From Acidimicrobiia bacterium (GTDB lineage: Bacteria; Actinomycetota; Acidimicrobiia; Spongiisociales; UBA5794), in assembly GCA_035458525.1 (NCBI GenBank), contig DATHZQ010000007.1, positions 4,768 to 68,767 of the forward strand: a stretch of DNA of 64,000 nt. Direction: 5' to 3'. Positions 39,304-48,158 of this stretch are shown piece by piece. Numbering within the stretch: the first letter of the stretch is position 1; each line of letters begins with the position of its first letter. The notes under the pieces were generated by a model. The model was not told where the DNA came from, ran no database searches, and saw only the letters and a program-made list of their open reading frames with translations. The position numbers were made by a program, and so were the translations under genes.

Positions 39304-39738
39304 ATGGCTACCAACATCGAACGCACCATCACGGTTCCCGGTTCCGCCGACAAGGTCTTTGCGTACGTCGCCGACTTCAGCAACACCGCGGAGTGGGACC
39401 CCGGCATCGTCTCCGCCGAGCGGACGGGCAGCGGACCAGTCGGGGAGGGCTCGGCGTTCGACCTCGTAGCCCGCTTCAAAGGGCGCGACCTCGCCACCAC
39501 GTACCGCATCACCGAATTCGATCCACCGTCACGGGTGGTGCTCGTGGGGGGAACCAACAACTTCACGAGCACGGACATCATCACCGTCACCCCGGCGACC
39601 GAAGGAGTCCAGATCGGCTACCGAGCGATTTTCGAGCTGAGCGGCATCATGCGCCTCTCCGAACCGTTTCTGAAAGGGACCTTCAATCGACTGGCGGACG
39701 ATGCGGTCGCCGGGCTGAAAGTGGTTCTTTCCCGATGA
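39304..39738 (+). CDS. SRPBCC (polyketide cyclase/START-like) family protein
   Basis: IERTITVPGSADKVFAYVADFSNTAEWDPG is a typical SRPBCC N-terminus. ATG 39304. Confidence 0.7.
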   Translation: MATNIERTITVPGSADKVFAYVADFSNTAEWDPGIVSAERTGSGPVGEGSAFDLVARFKGRDLATTYRITEFDPPSRVVLVGGTNNFTSTDIITVTPATEGVQIGYRAIFELSGIMRLSEPFLKGTFNRLADDAVAGLKVVLSR

Positions 39739-40199
39739 CCGAGTCGGTGTGGGATTACCCACGCCCACCCCGCGTGGAGTCGTCGTCTCACCGGATCAGG
39801 ATCGTGCTCGGTGGCGAGACGATCGTTGATACGAGTGGGGCGTTGCGGGTGCTCGAAACCAGCCACCCGCCCGTGTACTACGTGCCGATGTCAGCGGTGG
39901 ACGACGGAGTGCTGCATTCGCACCCTCGGACGACATTCTGCGAGTTCAAGGGTCGAGCGATCTACTGGTCCGTTGCTGCCGGGGAACGAACGGTCTCTGC
40001 CGCGGCGTGGTCCTACCCCCAGCCGGCACACGGATACGAGGCGCTCCTGGACCATGTCGCGTTCTACCCGGCGCTGATGGATGCCTGTTACGTCGACGAT
40101 GAGCAGGTGGACGCCCAGGCCGGGGATTTCTACGGCGGATGGATCACCAGCGGCATCACCGGCCCCTTCAAAGGCGCGTCGGGCACCTGGGGCTGGTAG
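39735..40199 (+). CDS. DUF427 domain protein
   Basis: VWDYPRPPRVE...HPPVYYVP...TFCEFKGRAIYW pattern. ATGA overlap with the upstream gene. Confidence 0.7.
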   Translation: MTESVWDYPRPPRVESSSHRIRIVLGGETIVDTSGALRVLETSHPPVYYVPMSAVDDGVLHSHPRTTFCEFKGRAIYWSVAAGERTVSAAAWSYPQPAHGYEALLDHVAFYPALMDACYVDDEQVDAQAGDFYGGWITSGITGPFKGASGTWGW

Positions 40200-40201
40200 C
40201 G

Positions 40202-40513
40202 CTACCTCGCCACGAAGGCCTTGCCCTCCTCGAGCAGCGCGAGCCACAGCTCCTCGTCCTGTTCGACGACCGCGACCCATTCCCTGAAGACTCGACTGGC
40301 AGGCGCAAACGCAGCGCCGATGTCCGCCTCGATCAGCTCGGCGACCCGCTGGGCCGGCAGCTTCACGACGAGTGCTCCGGTGCGATGGTCCGGCATCCCC
40401 AAGAATTGCCCTCCGATGCGAACGCACCGCGAGCCCATGATGGTGCCTTCCGTGACCGACGGATCCGCCGCCTGCATCTCGCCGGCCAGATCCCAGAACA
40501 ACGCTTCACTCAC
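40202..40513 (-). CDS. TfoX/Sxy N-terminal-domain-like small protein
   Basis: GTIMGSRCVRIGGQFLGM...ALVVKLP pattern. Weak recognition. Confidence 0.4.
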   Translation of the reverse strand: MSEALFWDLAGEMQAADPSVTEGTIMGSRCVRIGGQFLGMPDHRTGALVVKLPAQRVAELIEADIGAAFAPASRVFREWVAVVEQDEELWLALLEEGKAFVAR

Positions 40514-40651
40514 TCGGCCTCCTCCTCCGTGTCACCCTACGACGATCGTGGCTTCGCCCACTCGACGTCACCCGATGCCGGGGCCCTTCTGGGGTTGCGT
40601 CATGCCCCTCGGCCAGCAACCCTGGCGCCAGCGACACGGCCGGAGGGGCTG

Positions 40652-41218
40652 ATGCTCAAAACGATGGCAAGGCTCTTCCTGAGAATCATCCGTTGGGACG
40701 TGGCCGGTGAGGTCCCTGCCGGAAGCTACGTCATGATCGCAGCGCCCCACACGTCGAACTGGGATCTCCCCATCATGCTGGCCGTGGCGGCGATGCTCGG
40801 TGCCCGAATCTCGTGGATGGGAAAAGAGCAGATCTTTCGCTGGCCGTTTGGTGAGCTGATGCGCCGGCTCGGGGGCGTTCCCGTTCGCCGCGACCGGTCC
40901 CACAACATGGTCGATCAGATGATCGACCTCTTCGGACGGTCTGGCCAGCTCATCCTCACGGTCCCTCCCGAGGGCACCCGCGGCCGCGCCGAGCATTGGC
41001 GGTCGGGTTTCTACTACATCGCACTCGGTGCCGGCGTGCCGGTGATCCCCGGCTACCTGGACTACTCGAGTCGGATCGGTGGCGTGGGCGCACCGATCGA
41101 ACTGTCGGGAGACGTCACCGCAGACATGGACGCATTTCGTGCGTTCTACACGCCAATCGCCGGGAAGCGCCCGGAGAAGCAGGGACGTATCGAGCTTCGC
41201 GAGGAGATCGACCGCTGA
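40652..41218 (+). CDS. 1-acyl-sn-glycerol-3-phosphate acyltransferase family protein
   Basis: H-x4-D box APHTSNWD and TVPPEGTRG box. ATG 40652 inside ORF 40139..41218. Confidence 0.75.
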   Translation: MLKTMARLFLRIIRWDVAGEVPAGSYVMIAAPHTSNWDLPIMLAVAAMLGARISWMGKEQIFRWPFGELMRRLGGVPVRRDRSHNMVDQMIDLFGRSGQLILTVPPEGTRGRAEHWRSGFYYIALGAGVPVIPGYLDYSSRIGGVGAPIELSGDVTADMDAFRAFYTPIAGKRPEKQGRIELREEIDR

Positions 41219-41240
41219 CGCAGCGGTACGCTCTCGGCAT

Positions 41241-42395
41241 ATGAAGCCGTCTGCGCGCTCAGAGGTCGCTCCGTTCTATGTGATGGAAGTGATGAAGGCT
41301 GCGGCGGAGCGGGAGGCGGCCGGCGGCGAGGTCCTGCATCTCGAGGTCGGCCAGCCAGTGACACCCGCTCCGCAGGGTGCCATCGGCGCCGCACAGGCTG
41401 CGTTGAGCGCCGACCGCCTGGGCTACACCCCGGCGCTCGGCGTCGACCAACTGCGGCGCCGCATCGTGCGCCACTACGCAGACGCCTACGGTGTCGTCGT
41501 GCCGGTCGGTCGTGTAGCCGTGACGATCGGTGCCTCGGGCGGCATGATCCTCGCATTGCTCGCGGCCTTGGATCCAGGTGCGCGCGTCGGCATCACCGAG
41601 CCGGGCTATGCCGCCTATCGCAACATGATCACGGCGTTGGATCTCGAGCTCGTGGGGATTCGCATCGGACCGGAGAGTCGCTGGGTTGCGACGCCGGGAG
41701 CCATCGAGGCGGCCGGACCGCTGGATGCGCTCGTGGTCGCAAGTCCGTCGAATCCGACCGGGACGACGATGACGGGACCCGAGCTCGAAGCGGTTGCCCA
41801 CTACTGCGAGGCCGCCGACGTGCGCCTGCTCTCCGACGAGATCTACCACGGCATCACGTTCGAGCGACCGGCGAGCACCGCGGCCGAGTTCTCGGATTCT
41901 GCAGTCGTGGTCCAGTCGTTCTCCAAGTATTACTCGATGACGGGATGGCGGCTGGGCTGGCTCGTCTTGCCCGAGGACCTGGTGCGCCCGGTCGAGGTAC
42001 TGGCGCAGAACCTGTTCATCTCGCCTCCGGCGCTCTCGCAGCTGGCCGGACTCGCCGCGCTCGACTGCACGGAGGAGCTCGACCACAACGTCGCCCGATA
42101 CGCCGAGCGTCGCAGGGTCGTCGTCGCCGGCCTGGTCGCTGCAGGGATCACGCAGATTGCGCCGCCGGATGGTGGGTTCTACGTCTGGGCCGACGTGTCC
42201 CACCTCACCGACGACAGCCAGGCGCTGTGTGCACAGTGGCTCGACGAGCTGAGGGTCGCCGCAACCCCCGGAGTCGATTTCGATCCGGAAGCCGGCCATC
42301 GGTTCGTGCGCTTCTCGTACTCGGAGTCGACCGAGGCCATGGAAGAGGCGATGCGACGGCTCGCAGCATGGGTGGAACGCCGCCCACCACGCTGA
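41241..42395 (+). CDS. pyridoxal-phosphate-dependent aminotransferase (class I/II)
   Basis: PNPTGT, and SFSKYYSMTGWRLGW with the PLP-lysine region. ATG 41241. Confidence 0.9.
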   Translation: MKPSARSEVAPFYVMEVMKAAAEREAAGGEVLHLEVGQPVTPAPQGAIGAAQAALSADRLGYTPALGVDQLRRRIVRHYADAYGVVVPVGRVAVTIGASGGMILALLAALDPGARVGITEPGYAAYRNMITALDLELVGIRIGPESRWVATPGAIEAAGPLDALVVASPSNPTGTTMTGPELEAVAHYCEAADVRLLSDEIYHGITFERPASTAAEFSDSAVVVQSFSKYYSMTGWRLGWLVLPEDLVRPVEVLAQNLFISPPALSQLAGLAALDCTEELDHNVARYAERRRVVVAGLVAAGITQIAPPDGGFYVWADVSHLTDDSQALCAQWLDELRVAATPGVDFDPEAGHRFVRFSYSESTEAMEEAMRRLAAWVERRPPR

Positions 42396-42442
42396 CGGAG
42401 CGCGTACGGTTGACGCAGGGACCGCTCGAGTGAGGTTGTGCT

Positions 42443-43033
42443 GTGGCCGACTACGACTGGCGTGCGTGGGACGAGGAGCCGTGGCAGCTGCGTTACCCCG
42501 GCACCGCAATCGGTGCTGAGACTTGGGTGGAGGTCTTCTCCCCGGACCCCGACAGCGGGGAGATGCGCCGCTGGATCGCAGCGGCACAGCGACTGCAGAC
42601 GGCGGAACGTCCCACCGCCAGGCGGGTCTTCATCTCGCACCGTCGGGCCGATGCCGTCATGGCACAACAGGCCGCCGACGCCGCTCACCGGTTGGGGGTC
42701 GAGTACTGGCTCGATGTCGAGGACCCGACGCTGCAGTGGCTCACGCAGCACACGGCCGTAGACGCTGCCACCCGGTCGACGGCGATTGCGTCGGCGATCG
42801 AGATGGCGTTGCTGAACTGTACGCATGTGCTGGCGATCATCACCCCACGCACCAGCGGTTCTCAATGGGTGCCGTACGAGTACGGCCGGGTCAAGGACGA
42901 CGGCTTGACCGATCGAGCTACGGCCTGCTGGACCACGGTCCATCCGGCCGACACCACGCGGTTTGCCGAGTACCTCCACCTCGGGGTGGTCGCGCGAGGC
43001 ATCGAGGAAGTGAGGACCTGGCTGGTGGCTTGA
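42443..43033 (+). CDS. small TIR-like domain protein
   Basis: RRVFISHRRADAVMAQQAADAAHRLGVEYWLD and THVLAIITPRTSGSQWVPYEYGRV (S-x-W-x3-E pattern). GTG start with a weak RBS. Confidence 0.62.
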   Translation: MADYDWRAWDEEPWQLRYPGTAIGAETWVEVFSPDPDSGEMRRWIAAAQRLQTAERPTARRVFISHRRADAVMAQQAADAAHRLGVEYWLDVEDPTLQWLTQHTAVDAATRSTAIASAIEMALLNCTHVLAIITPRTSGSQWVPYEYGRVKDDGLTDRATACWTTVHPADTTRFAEYLHLGVVARGIEEVRTWLVA

Positions 43034-43042
43034 GTCGGGCGC

Positions 43043-43687
43043 TCAGTCCAACGCGACGATCATGTCGGCCCGATGTTTCGTTCCCGCGACCAGTCGTGCG
43101 TTGGGAAGGTCCGTGCCGGCCACCTTTGCCGCAGCCTCCGCCGGCGACCGGTTGCATTCATGGCGGGCCTGCAGCCGTGGCACCAATACATCGTCCGGCA
43201 CATCCAGATACCAGACGGCATCCAGGAGCCGGCGCACGCGGTCCCACGGCGGTTCGTCGAGCAGCAAATAGTTGCCCTCGACCACGATGAGGGAGGCCTC
43301 GGGCGAGATGGTTGCGCCGCCCGGCACCACGGACTCGGTGCTGCGGTCGTACGTCGGCCACGCTATCGGTTCGAGGGGTTCGCCGCGCAGCGCTTCGAGG
43401 TGGGCGACGAAGGTCGGTGCGTCGAAGGTCGCGGGTACCCCTTTCAGTGGCAGCAAGCCCGCCGCGACGAGGTCGTCGTTACTGCGATGGAACCCGTCCA
43501 TGGGTACCGCGAAAGCGGACACGATGTGCGAGGCGCGAGCCACGATCTGTGCGGCCGCAGTGCTCTTGCCGGCCCCGGGCGGACCGGCCACTCCGAGCAT
43601 GAATCGCACTCCGGAGTGCTGCACCTCAGCAGCGAGCTCGTCGACCAGCCCGTCGAGATCGGCAAAGGTGCGGCGTCGCTGGCTCAC
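43043..43687 (-). CDS. P-loop nucleoside/nucleotide kinase family protein (uridine/pantothenate-kinase-like)
   Basis: Walker A GVAGPPGAGKST and LIVVEGNYLL. Confidence 0.7.
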   Translation of the reverse strand: MSQRRRTFADLDGLVDELAAEVQHSGVRFMLGVAGPPGAGKSTAAAQIVARASHIVSAFAVPMDGFHRSNDDLVAAGLLPLKGVPATFDAPTFVAHLEALRGEPLEPIAWPTYDRSTESVVPGGATISPEASLIVVEGNYLLLDEPPWDRVRRLLDAVWYLDVPDDVLVPRLQARHECNRSPAEAAAKVAGTDLPNARLVAGTKHRADMIVALD

Positions 43688-43770
43688 CCCGTCACGCTAC
43701 AAGCTGCCGATGTGGAACAATCGCCCGCTGCGTCGCGTTTGGGCCAGGAACCGATTGAGGAGTGTTGCGC

Positions 43771-44178
43771 ATGTCGGATTGGAACGCATCCATCATCGAG
43801 GAGTTCCGCGCCAACGGTGGCCGGGTCGGTGGCACGTTCGAGGGTCGTCCGCTGCTTCTCCTCCACACGAAGGGCGCAAAGACCGGCCGGTCGCGCGTGC
43901 ACCCGCTCATGTACCAGGCGTTCGACGGCGGCTACGCGATCTTCGCCTCCAAGGCCGGAGCACCGAGCAACCCGGCCTGGTTCCACAACCTCATGGCCAA
44001 TCCAGAGGCCGAGATCGAGGTCGGGATGGAGAAGCTGGCGGTGTCGGCGCGCATCGTCAACGGAGCCGAGCGAGACCGCATCTGGTCGCAGCAGAAGCAG
44101 GACTACCCATTCTTCGCCGAATACGAACAGAGGACCGATCGTGACATCCCGGTCATCGTGCTGGACCCGGCCTCCTGA
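43771..44178 (+). CDS. nitroreductase-family deazaflavin (F420)-dependent oxidoreductase, DDN-like
   Basis: NASIIEEFRANGGRVGG, LLLLHTKGAKTGRSRVHPL, NPAWFHNLMANP. Confidence 0.8.
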   Translation: MSDWNASIIEEFRANGGRVGGTFEGRPLLLLHTKGAKTGRSRVHPLMYQAFDGGYAIFASKAGAPSNPAWFHNLMANPEAEIEVGMEKLAVSARIVNGAERDRIWSQQKQDYPFFAEYEQRTDRDIPVIVLDPAS

Positions 44179-44214
44179 AGACGGCATGGTTGGCTCGGTA
44201 GCATCGGCGCCGCC

Positions 44215-45075
44215 GTGGACCTTCCCGCATCGACCAACGCCGAAGGCGTTCGAGAGAATCTCGCCGCAACTCGATGGCTGATCGCCCCGTTCGTGGTGCT
44301 CGCCGGGGCAGGCGCATTCGTCCTGTATCTGTTTCCACGAGACACGGATGCGTTGTTCGCATGGACACTGCGACCGCCCCTCTCGGCGATGTTCATGGGC
44401 GCCGGATATGCGGCAGGAGTGCTGCTGACCGTGCTGTCGTACCGCCGCCAACCTTGGGCGGTCACTCGTACTGCGACGTTGACCATTCTCGTGTTCGTCG
44501 CGGTGATGACGGCCGCCACCTTCCTGCATCTCGACAAGATGCACTTCGACGCTGCGGAGGTGACGGCCCAGTTCGCCGCCTGGGCTTGGCTCGTCGTGTA
44601 CGTCGTTGTCCCGCCCCTCCTGCTGGCCATCATCGTGGCGCAATCCCGCCAACCCGGAGTCGATCCGCCTCGACTCCACCCGCTTCCCGTTGCCGTGAGG
44701 GCCGCGCTCGCTCTCCAGGGGCTCGCTTTGCTGTCGCTCGGTGTGGCGTTGTTCGGTTGGCCGGAGTCCATGGATGGTGTGTGGCCGTGGGCCATCACCG
44801 AGCTCTCCGGCCGCGCCTTGTCGGCATGGATCGTTGCGATCGGGTTCGCCAGCCTGTGGGTGACGTACGAGAACGATCTGCGCCGCACCCGTCCTGCCGC
44901 CATGACCTCTGTGGCGCTTGGTGCGTTGTGGCTGCTGGCCGCAATTCGTGATGCTGACTCGATGCGCTGGGAGCGAGCCTCGGCTTGGATCTATGTGGTT
45001 GGTGCAGCGCTTGCGGTGTCCGTGGGGTTGTGGGGCTGGTCGCTGAGTCGTGGGGCGGTAGGGTCGGAGGGGTGA
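44215..45075 (+). CDS. hypothetical polytopic membrane protein
   Basis: About 8 hydrophobic helices with GC3-rich codons. No motif recognised. Confidence 0.5.
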   Translation: MDLPASTNAEGVRENLAATRWLIAPFVVLAGAGAFVLYLFPRDTDALFAWTLRPPLSAMFMGAGYAAGVLLTVLSYRRQPWAVTRTATLTILVFVAVMTAATFLHLDKMHFDAAEVTAQFAAWAWLVVYVVVPPLLLAIIVAQSRQPGVDPPRLHPLPVAVRAALALQGLALLSLGVALFGWPESMDGVWPWAITELSGRALSAWIVAIGFASLWVTYENDLRRTRPAAMTSVALGALWLLAAIRDADSMRWERASAWIYVVGAALAVSVGLWGWSLSRGAVGSEG

Positions 45076-46340
45076 GCCATGTCTCCGGCGGAACCTTCGC
45101 CCTGCGTTCCCGCTTCCCGGCGCCCGGTCAGGAAGTACGTCGTGGCGGAGCCACGATTCTTGAGCGTGATGGTGCCGCGCCGTTCCAACTCGTAGTGCTC
45201 AGGCAGCATGCCGGCGAAGAGGCCCGAGACCTGGATGCGCCCCGGCACACCCGTTGATTCGAGGCGGCTGGCCACGTTGACGGCATCGCCCCACAGGTCA
45301 TACGCAAGCTTGCGCTTGCCGATCACGCCGGCGACCACCGATCCGGTGTGAACGCCGATGCGCAGGTCCCACTCGATGCCGTTTTTCGCGGCGAACTGGT
45401 CGGTAGCGTCGATCATCTGGAGTGCGAGATCGGCGATCAGTGGCGCATGATCCGGGTGCGCAACGGGCACGCCGCCGGCGACCATGTAGCCGTCGCCCAG
45501 CGTCTTGATCTTCTCCACGCCACTTGCGCTCACGAGGTCGTCGAACTCCGAGAACAGCCCATTGAGCAAGTTGACGACTTCGTCGGGCTCGTGCGATTGC
45601 GCGAACGAGGTGAACCCGACGATGTCGGCAAAGAGCACCGTCACCACGTCGAATCGTTCCGCCACGGTTGCGTCCGATGCCTTCAGCCGCTCGGCGATCT
45701 CCTGCGGCAGCATGTTGGCGAGCAGACGATCAGCCCGTGCTCGCTGATCCAGCGCATCCTCTTCGGCGAGGAAGAGACGGCGGTTCACAGCATCGAACAC
45801 AAACCAGAACGACAGCGCCAACGCCGCTGCGAACGCCATCCACGTGTTGACGTTCACCCACGTGAGCCTGGATGCGGTTGTGTCGGCGAGGTACAGGTTC
45901 GGGATCACAACGGCAATGGCGCACAGCAGCACCATCGAGCGCAACGTGATCGCCAGCAGCGGCAGCAGCGCGATCGACAGGGCGAGCCCGGCAGCGCCGA
46001 CGAGAAACCCCTCTGGCAACTCGGTGAGTACCCAGGAGAAGCCTCCCACGATGACCGCGGTCGACACCGCCTGGAGGAGGCCGTGATACCTGGCGAGCGG
46101 GGTGAGGGTCAGCAGGAACAGTGCAAGCAGAATGCCTGCGAGCGCCAGTCGAATCGCAACCGTGTCCCCGAGGAACCCTCCGTTGACCTCGCGATCCCAG
46201 ATCATGAAGACGAGCACTGAGGCGGCGCCGGCGACGGCGGACAACCGTTCGAACGGCGTCACCTGTGCCGTGCGGAAGTCAACGTACCGTTCGAGTTGAT
46301 CGGCGGTGAGCGTCGGCCGTGCCAGGTCTGGAGCGTGCAC
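44991..46340 (-). CDS. membrane-anchored class III adenylate/guanylate cyclase
   Basis: Six N-terminal helices, then VTVLFADIVGFTSF, KIKTLGDGYMVAGG, IGVHTGSVVAGVIG, YDLWGDAVNVASRLES. Confidence 0.9.
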   Translation of the reverse strand: MHAPDLARPTLTADQLERYVDFRTAQVTPFERLSAVAGAASVLVFMIWDREVNGGFLGDTVAIRLALAGILLALFLLTLTPLARYHGLLQAVSTAVIVGGFSWVLTELPEGFLVGAAGLALSIALLPLLAITLRSMVLLCAIAVVIPNLYLADTTASRLTWVNVNTWMAFAAALALSFWFVFDAVNRRLFLAEEDALDQRARADRLLANMLPQEIAERLKASDATVAERFDVVTVLFADIVGFTSFAQSHEPDEVVNLLNGLFSEFDDLVSASGVEKIKTLGDGYMVAGGVPVAHPDHAPLIADLALQMIDATDQFAAKNGIEWDLRIGVHTGSVVAGVIGKRKLAYDLWGDAVNVASRLESTGVPGRIQVSGLFAGMLPEHYELERRGTITLKNRGSATTYFLTGRREAGTQGEGSAGDMAHPSDPTAPRLSDQPHNPTDTASAAPTT

Positions 46341-46520
46341 GTGCCAAGCGTACGCATCAGGCGAGCTGCCAGAAGGCGCCGGTGAGGCCGGCGTTCCTGA
46401 GCATGCGCTGCAGCGCTTCGAGAGGCGCGGGCCGGTACTTCGGGTCGAGCCGATCTCCGTACCAGTGCCGGCTCAGCGGCCACATTGCAGCAAGTGGCGC
46501 AGCAACTCCGGTAGCCGGTG

Positions 46521-46545
46521 CGTTCTCCTCCGACCGGAGGAAACG
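46521..46545 (-). other. SECIS-like hairpin downstream of the in-frame UGA
   Basis: mRNA CGUUUCCUCC-GGUC-GGAGGAGAACG: 10 bp with one bulged G. The GGUC loop sits at +23..+26 from the U of UGA. Confidence 0.4.
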
Positions 46546-46554
46546 GATGGTGCG

Positions 46555-47103
46555 TCACGTTTCACCGATGTCGTCCCACCAGTGGCGTGCGGGCACGGCA
46601 AAATGGACGAAGCCGTCCACCGACGACAGGTTGCCGTCCCTCACTTCGAGTTCGACCGGCTCGCCCGTGTCGAGCCAGTTTGCATCGATGGCTGCGTCGA
46701 TCCCGAGTGCGGCCGGAATGGCGAGAGCATCCCACGCACAGTTCGCCCACCACGCCCGACCTCCGTGGCGCACCAGGTGCTCGGTCGGGACTGCGGAGAA
46801 GGGCAGCGCCATCCTGATCTGGCCGGCGGCGTCCAAGACGATGGCGTGGGCGTCGTGGAGGCGGCGCAATGCGTCTCGGGCCGCGGCCTCTCCGCCCACC
46901 CATGCTGCGACCTCGGCGATCTGCGGACTCACGCCGACCGCTGCGAAGGAGGCGTAGATGCGGCGGCGAAGTTCCCAGTCGTCCACCCCGCCAGGATGGC
47001 ACGACCCGTCTCGGGGCGTCTTCGCTCTCCGCAACGGTCCTGTGTCGTGGAATGGATCATCCGTCGTCGGCGTTTCCCTCGTACAGATTGTGAAGTCATT
47101 CAC
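46555..47103 (-). CDS. alkylmercury lyase (MerB)-like protein, terminated by a TGA that may be a recoded or mutated Cys codon
   Basis: WWANCAWDALAIPAAL matches the MerB Cys96-x2-Asp99 box. The frame continues open for 65 codons past the TGA, to 46357. The true start may be GTG 46986. Confidence 0.72.
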   Translation of the reverse strand: MNDFTICTRETPTTDDPFHDTGPLRRAKTPRDGSCHPGGVDDWELRRRIYASFAAVGVSPQIAEVAAWVGGEAAARDALRRLHDAHAIVLDAAGQIRMALPFSAVPTEHLVRHGGRAWWANCAWDALAIPAALGIDAAIDANWLDTGEPVELEVRDGNLSSVDGFVHFAVPARHWWDDIGET

Positions 47104-47120
47104 AAAACACGGAGTTCGCG

Positions 47121-48047
47121 ATGGCGCAACGCATGAGCACTACAGACCTCGCTCCCGACTCGGTGACCGCGTACCTCGAGGAGATCGGCCGGACACCGCT
47201 GCTGACCGCCGCCGAGGAGATCGAGCTGGGGAGAACGATCGATGCGGGACGTGAGGCTGCCGAGCGGCTCGCAACCGCGACCTCCGCCCTCGAGCGCCGT
47301 CGCCTGCAACGCCTGGTCGAGGAAGGGCAGCGAGCTCGTGATCACTTCGTCCAGGCCAACCTCCGGCTCGTCGTCTCGATTGCGAACCGGTACCGCACCG
47401 GTCTGACCGCTATCGACCTGGTCGACCTGTTCCAGGAAGGCAACATCGGCTTGATCCGGGCCGTCGAGAAGTTCGATTGGCGCAAGGGCTTCAAGTTCTC
47501 GACGTACGCCACGTGGTGGATCCGGCAGGCTATACAGCGCGCACTGCTCGAGAAAGGGCGGCCGTTGCGCGTCTCCTCCCGAATCCACGATGCCGCCATC
47601 ACCGTGAATCGCATCGACGGCGAGCTGCAGGCTGAGCTCGGTAGGCGGCCCTCCGTGGCCGAGCTCGCCGACAGGTCGGGTGTGGCCGCGGACGTGGTTC
47701 GCGAGGTGCACTCAGTTGCCAACGTCACCTCGCTCGAGCACCCAATCGGCGAGGACGGTGCCGTGATCGGCGACTTCATCGAGCTCGACGATGCCGAAGG
47801 GCCCGAGGACGTTGCGGTCCGCGTCGACGGCTCGGCGGCCCTCCAACGTGCGATTGCGCGTCTCGGCGAGCGTGAGCAGCTGATCCTGCGACGACGCTAC
47901 GGATTCCATGACGAGGTGCCTCGCACGCTGGCGGAGATCGGCGAGCTGCTGCAGCTCACACCGGAGCGGGTGCACCAATTGGAGAAAGCGGCGCTGTGCC
48001 GGTTGCGTCACCCATCGTTCGGGCTTCGCGAGAAGGACCTGATGTAG
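47121..48047 (+). CDS. RNA polymerase sigma-70 family factor (RpoD/SigB-like)
   Basis: Regions 2.1-2.4 NLRLVVSIANRY and DLFQEGNIGLIRAVEKFDWRKGFKFSTYATWWIRQAI. Region 4.2 TLAEIGELLQLTPERVHQLEKAAL. Confidence 0.92.
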   Translation: MAQRMSTTDLAPDSVTAYLEEIGRTPLLTAAEEIELGRTIDAGREAAERLATATSALERRRLQRLVEEGQRARDHFVQANLRLVVSIANRYRTGLTAIDLVDLFQEGNIGLIRAVEKFDWRKGFKFSTYATWWIRQAIQRALLEKGRPLRVSSRIHDAAITVNRIDGELQAELGRRPSVAELADRSGVAADVVREVHSVANVTSLEHPIGEDGAVIGDFIELDDAEGPEDVAVRVDGSAALQRAIARLGEREQLILRRRYGFHDEVPRTLAEIGELLQLTPERVHQLEKAALCRLRHPSFGLREKDLM

Positions 48048-48158
48048 CGAGACGCGAGGAGGAATCTGAAGGAAGTGGGTTCTGGCGGTGCACCTGTGAG
48101 GATGCACCGAAGACGGAGCGTGTGCGACGGTATTTGTCGAACCACTGCCGGTGCTTTC

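Noticed and set aside
39304-40199. Overlapping SRPBCC and DUF427 genes (ATGA), as a toxin-antitoxin-like pair
   Set aside because: Neither family is a known toxin or antitoxin. The sizes and motifs fit small-molecule-binding or enzymatic proteins, and the overlap is ordinary translational coupling.
44991-45075. 85-bp convergent 3' overlap between the membrane-protein gene and the cyclase gene, as a possible antisense-regulation feature
   Set aside because: The cyclase catalytic domain ends well before the overlap (about ...TTYFLTGRR). The overlap probably reflects late stop codons in GC-rich tails.
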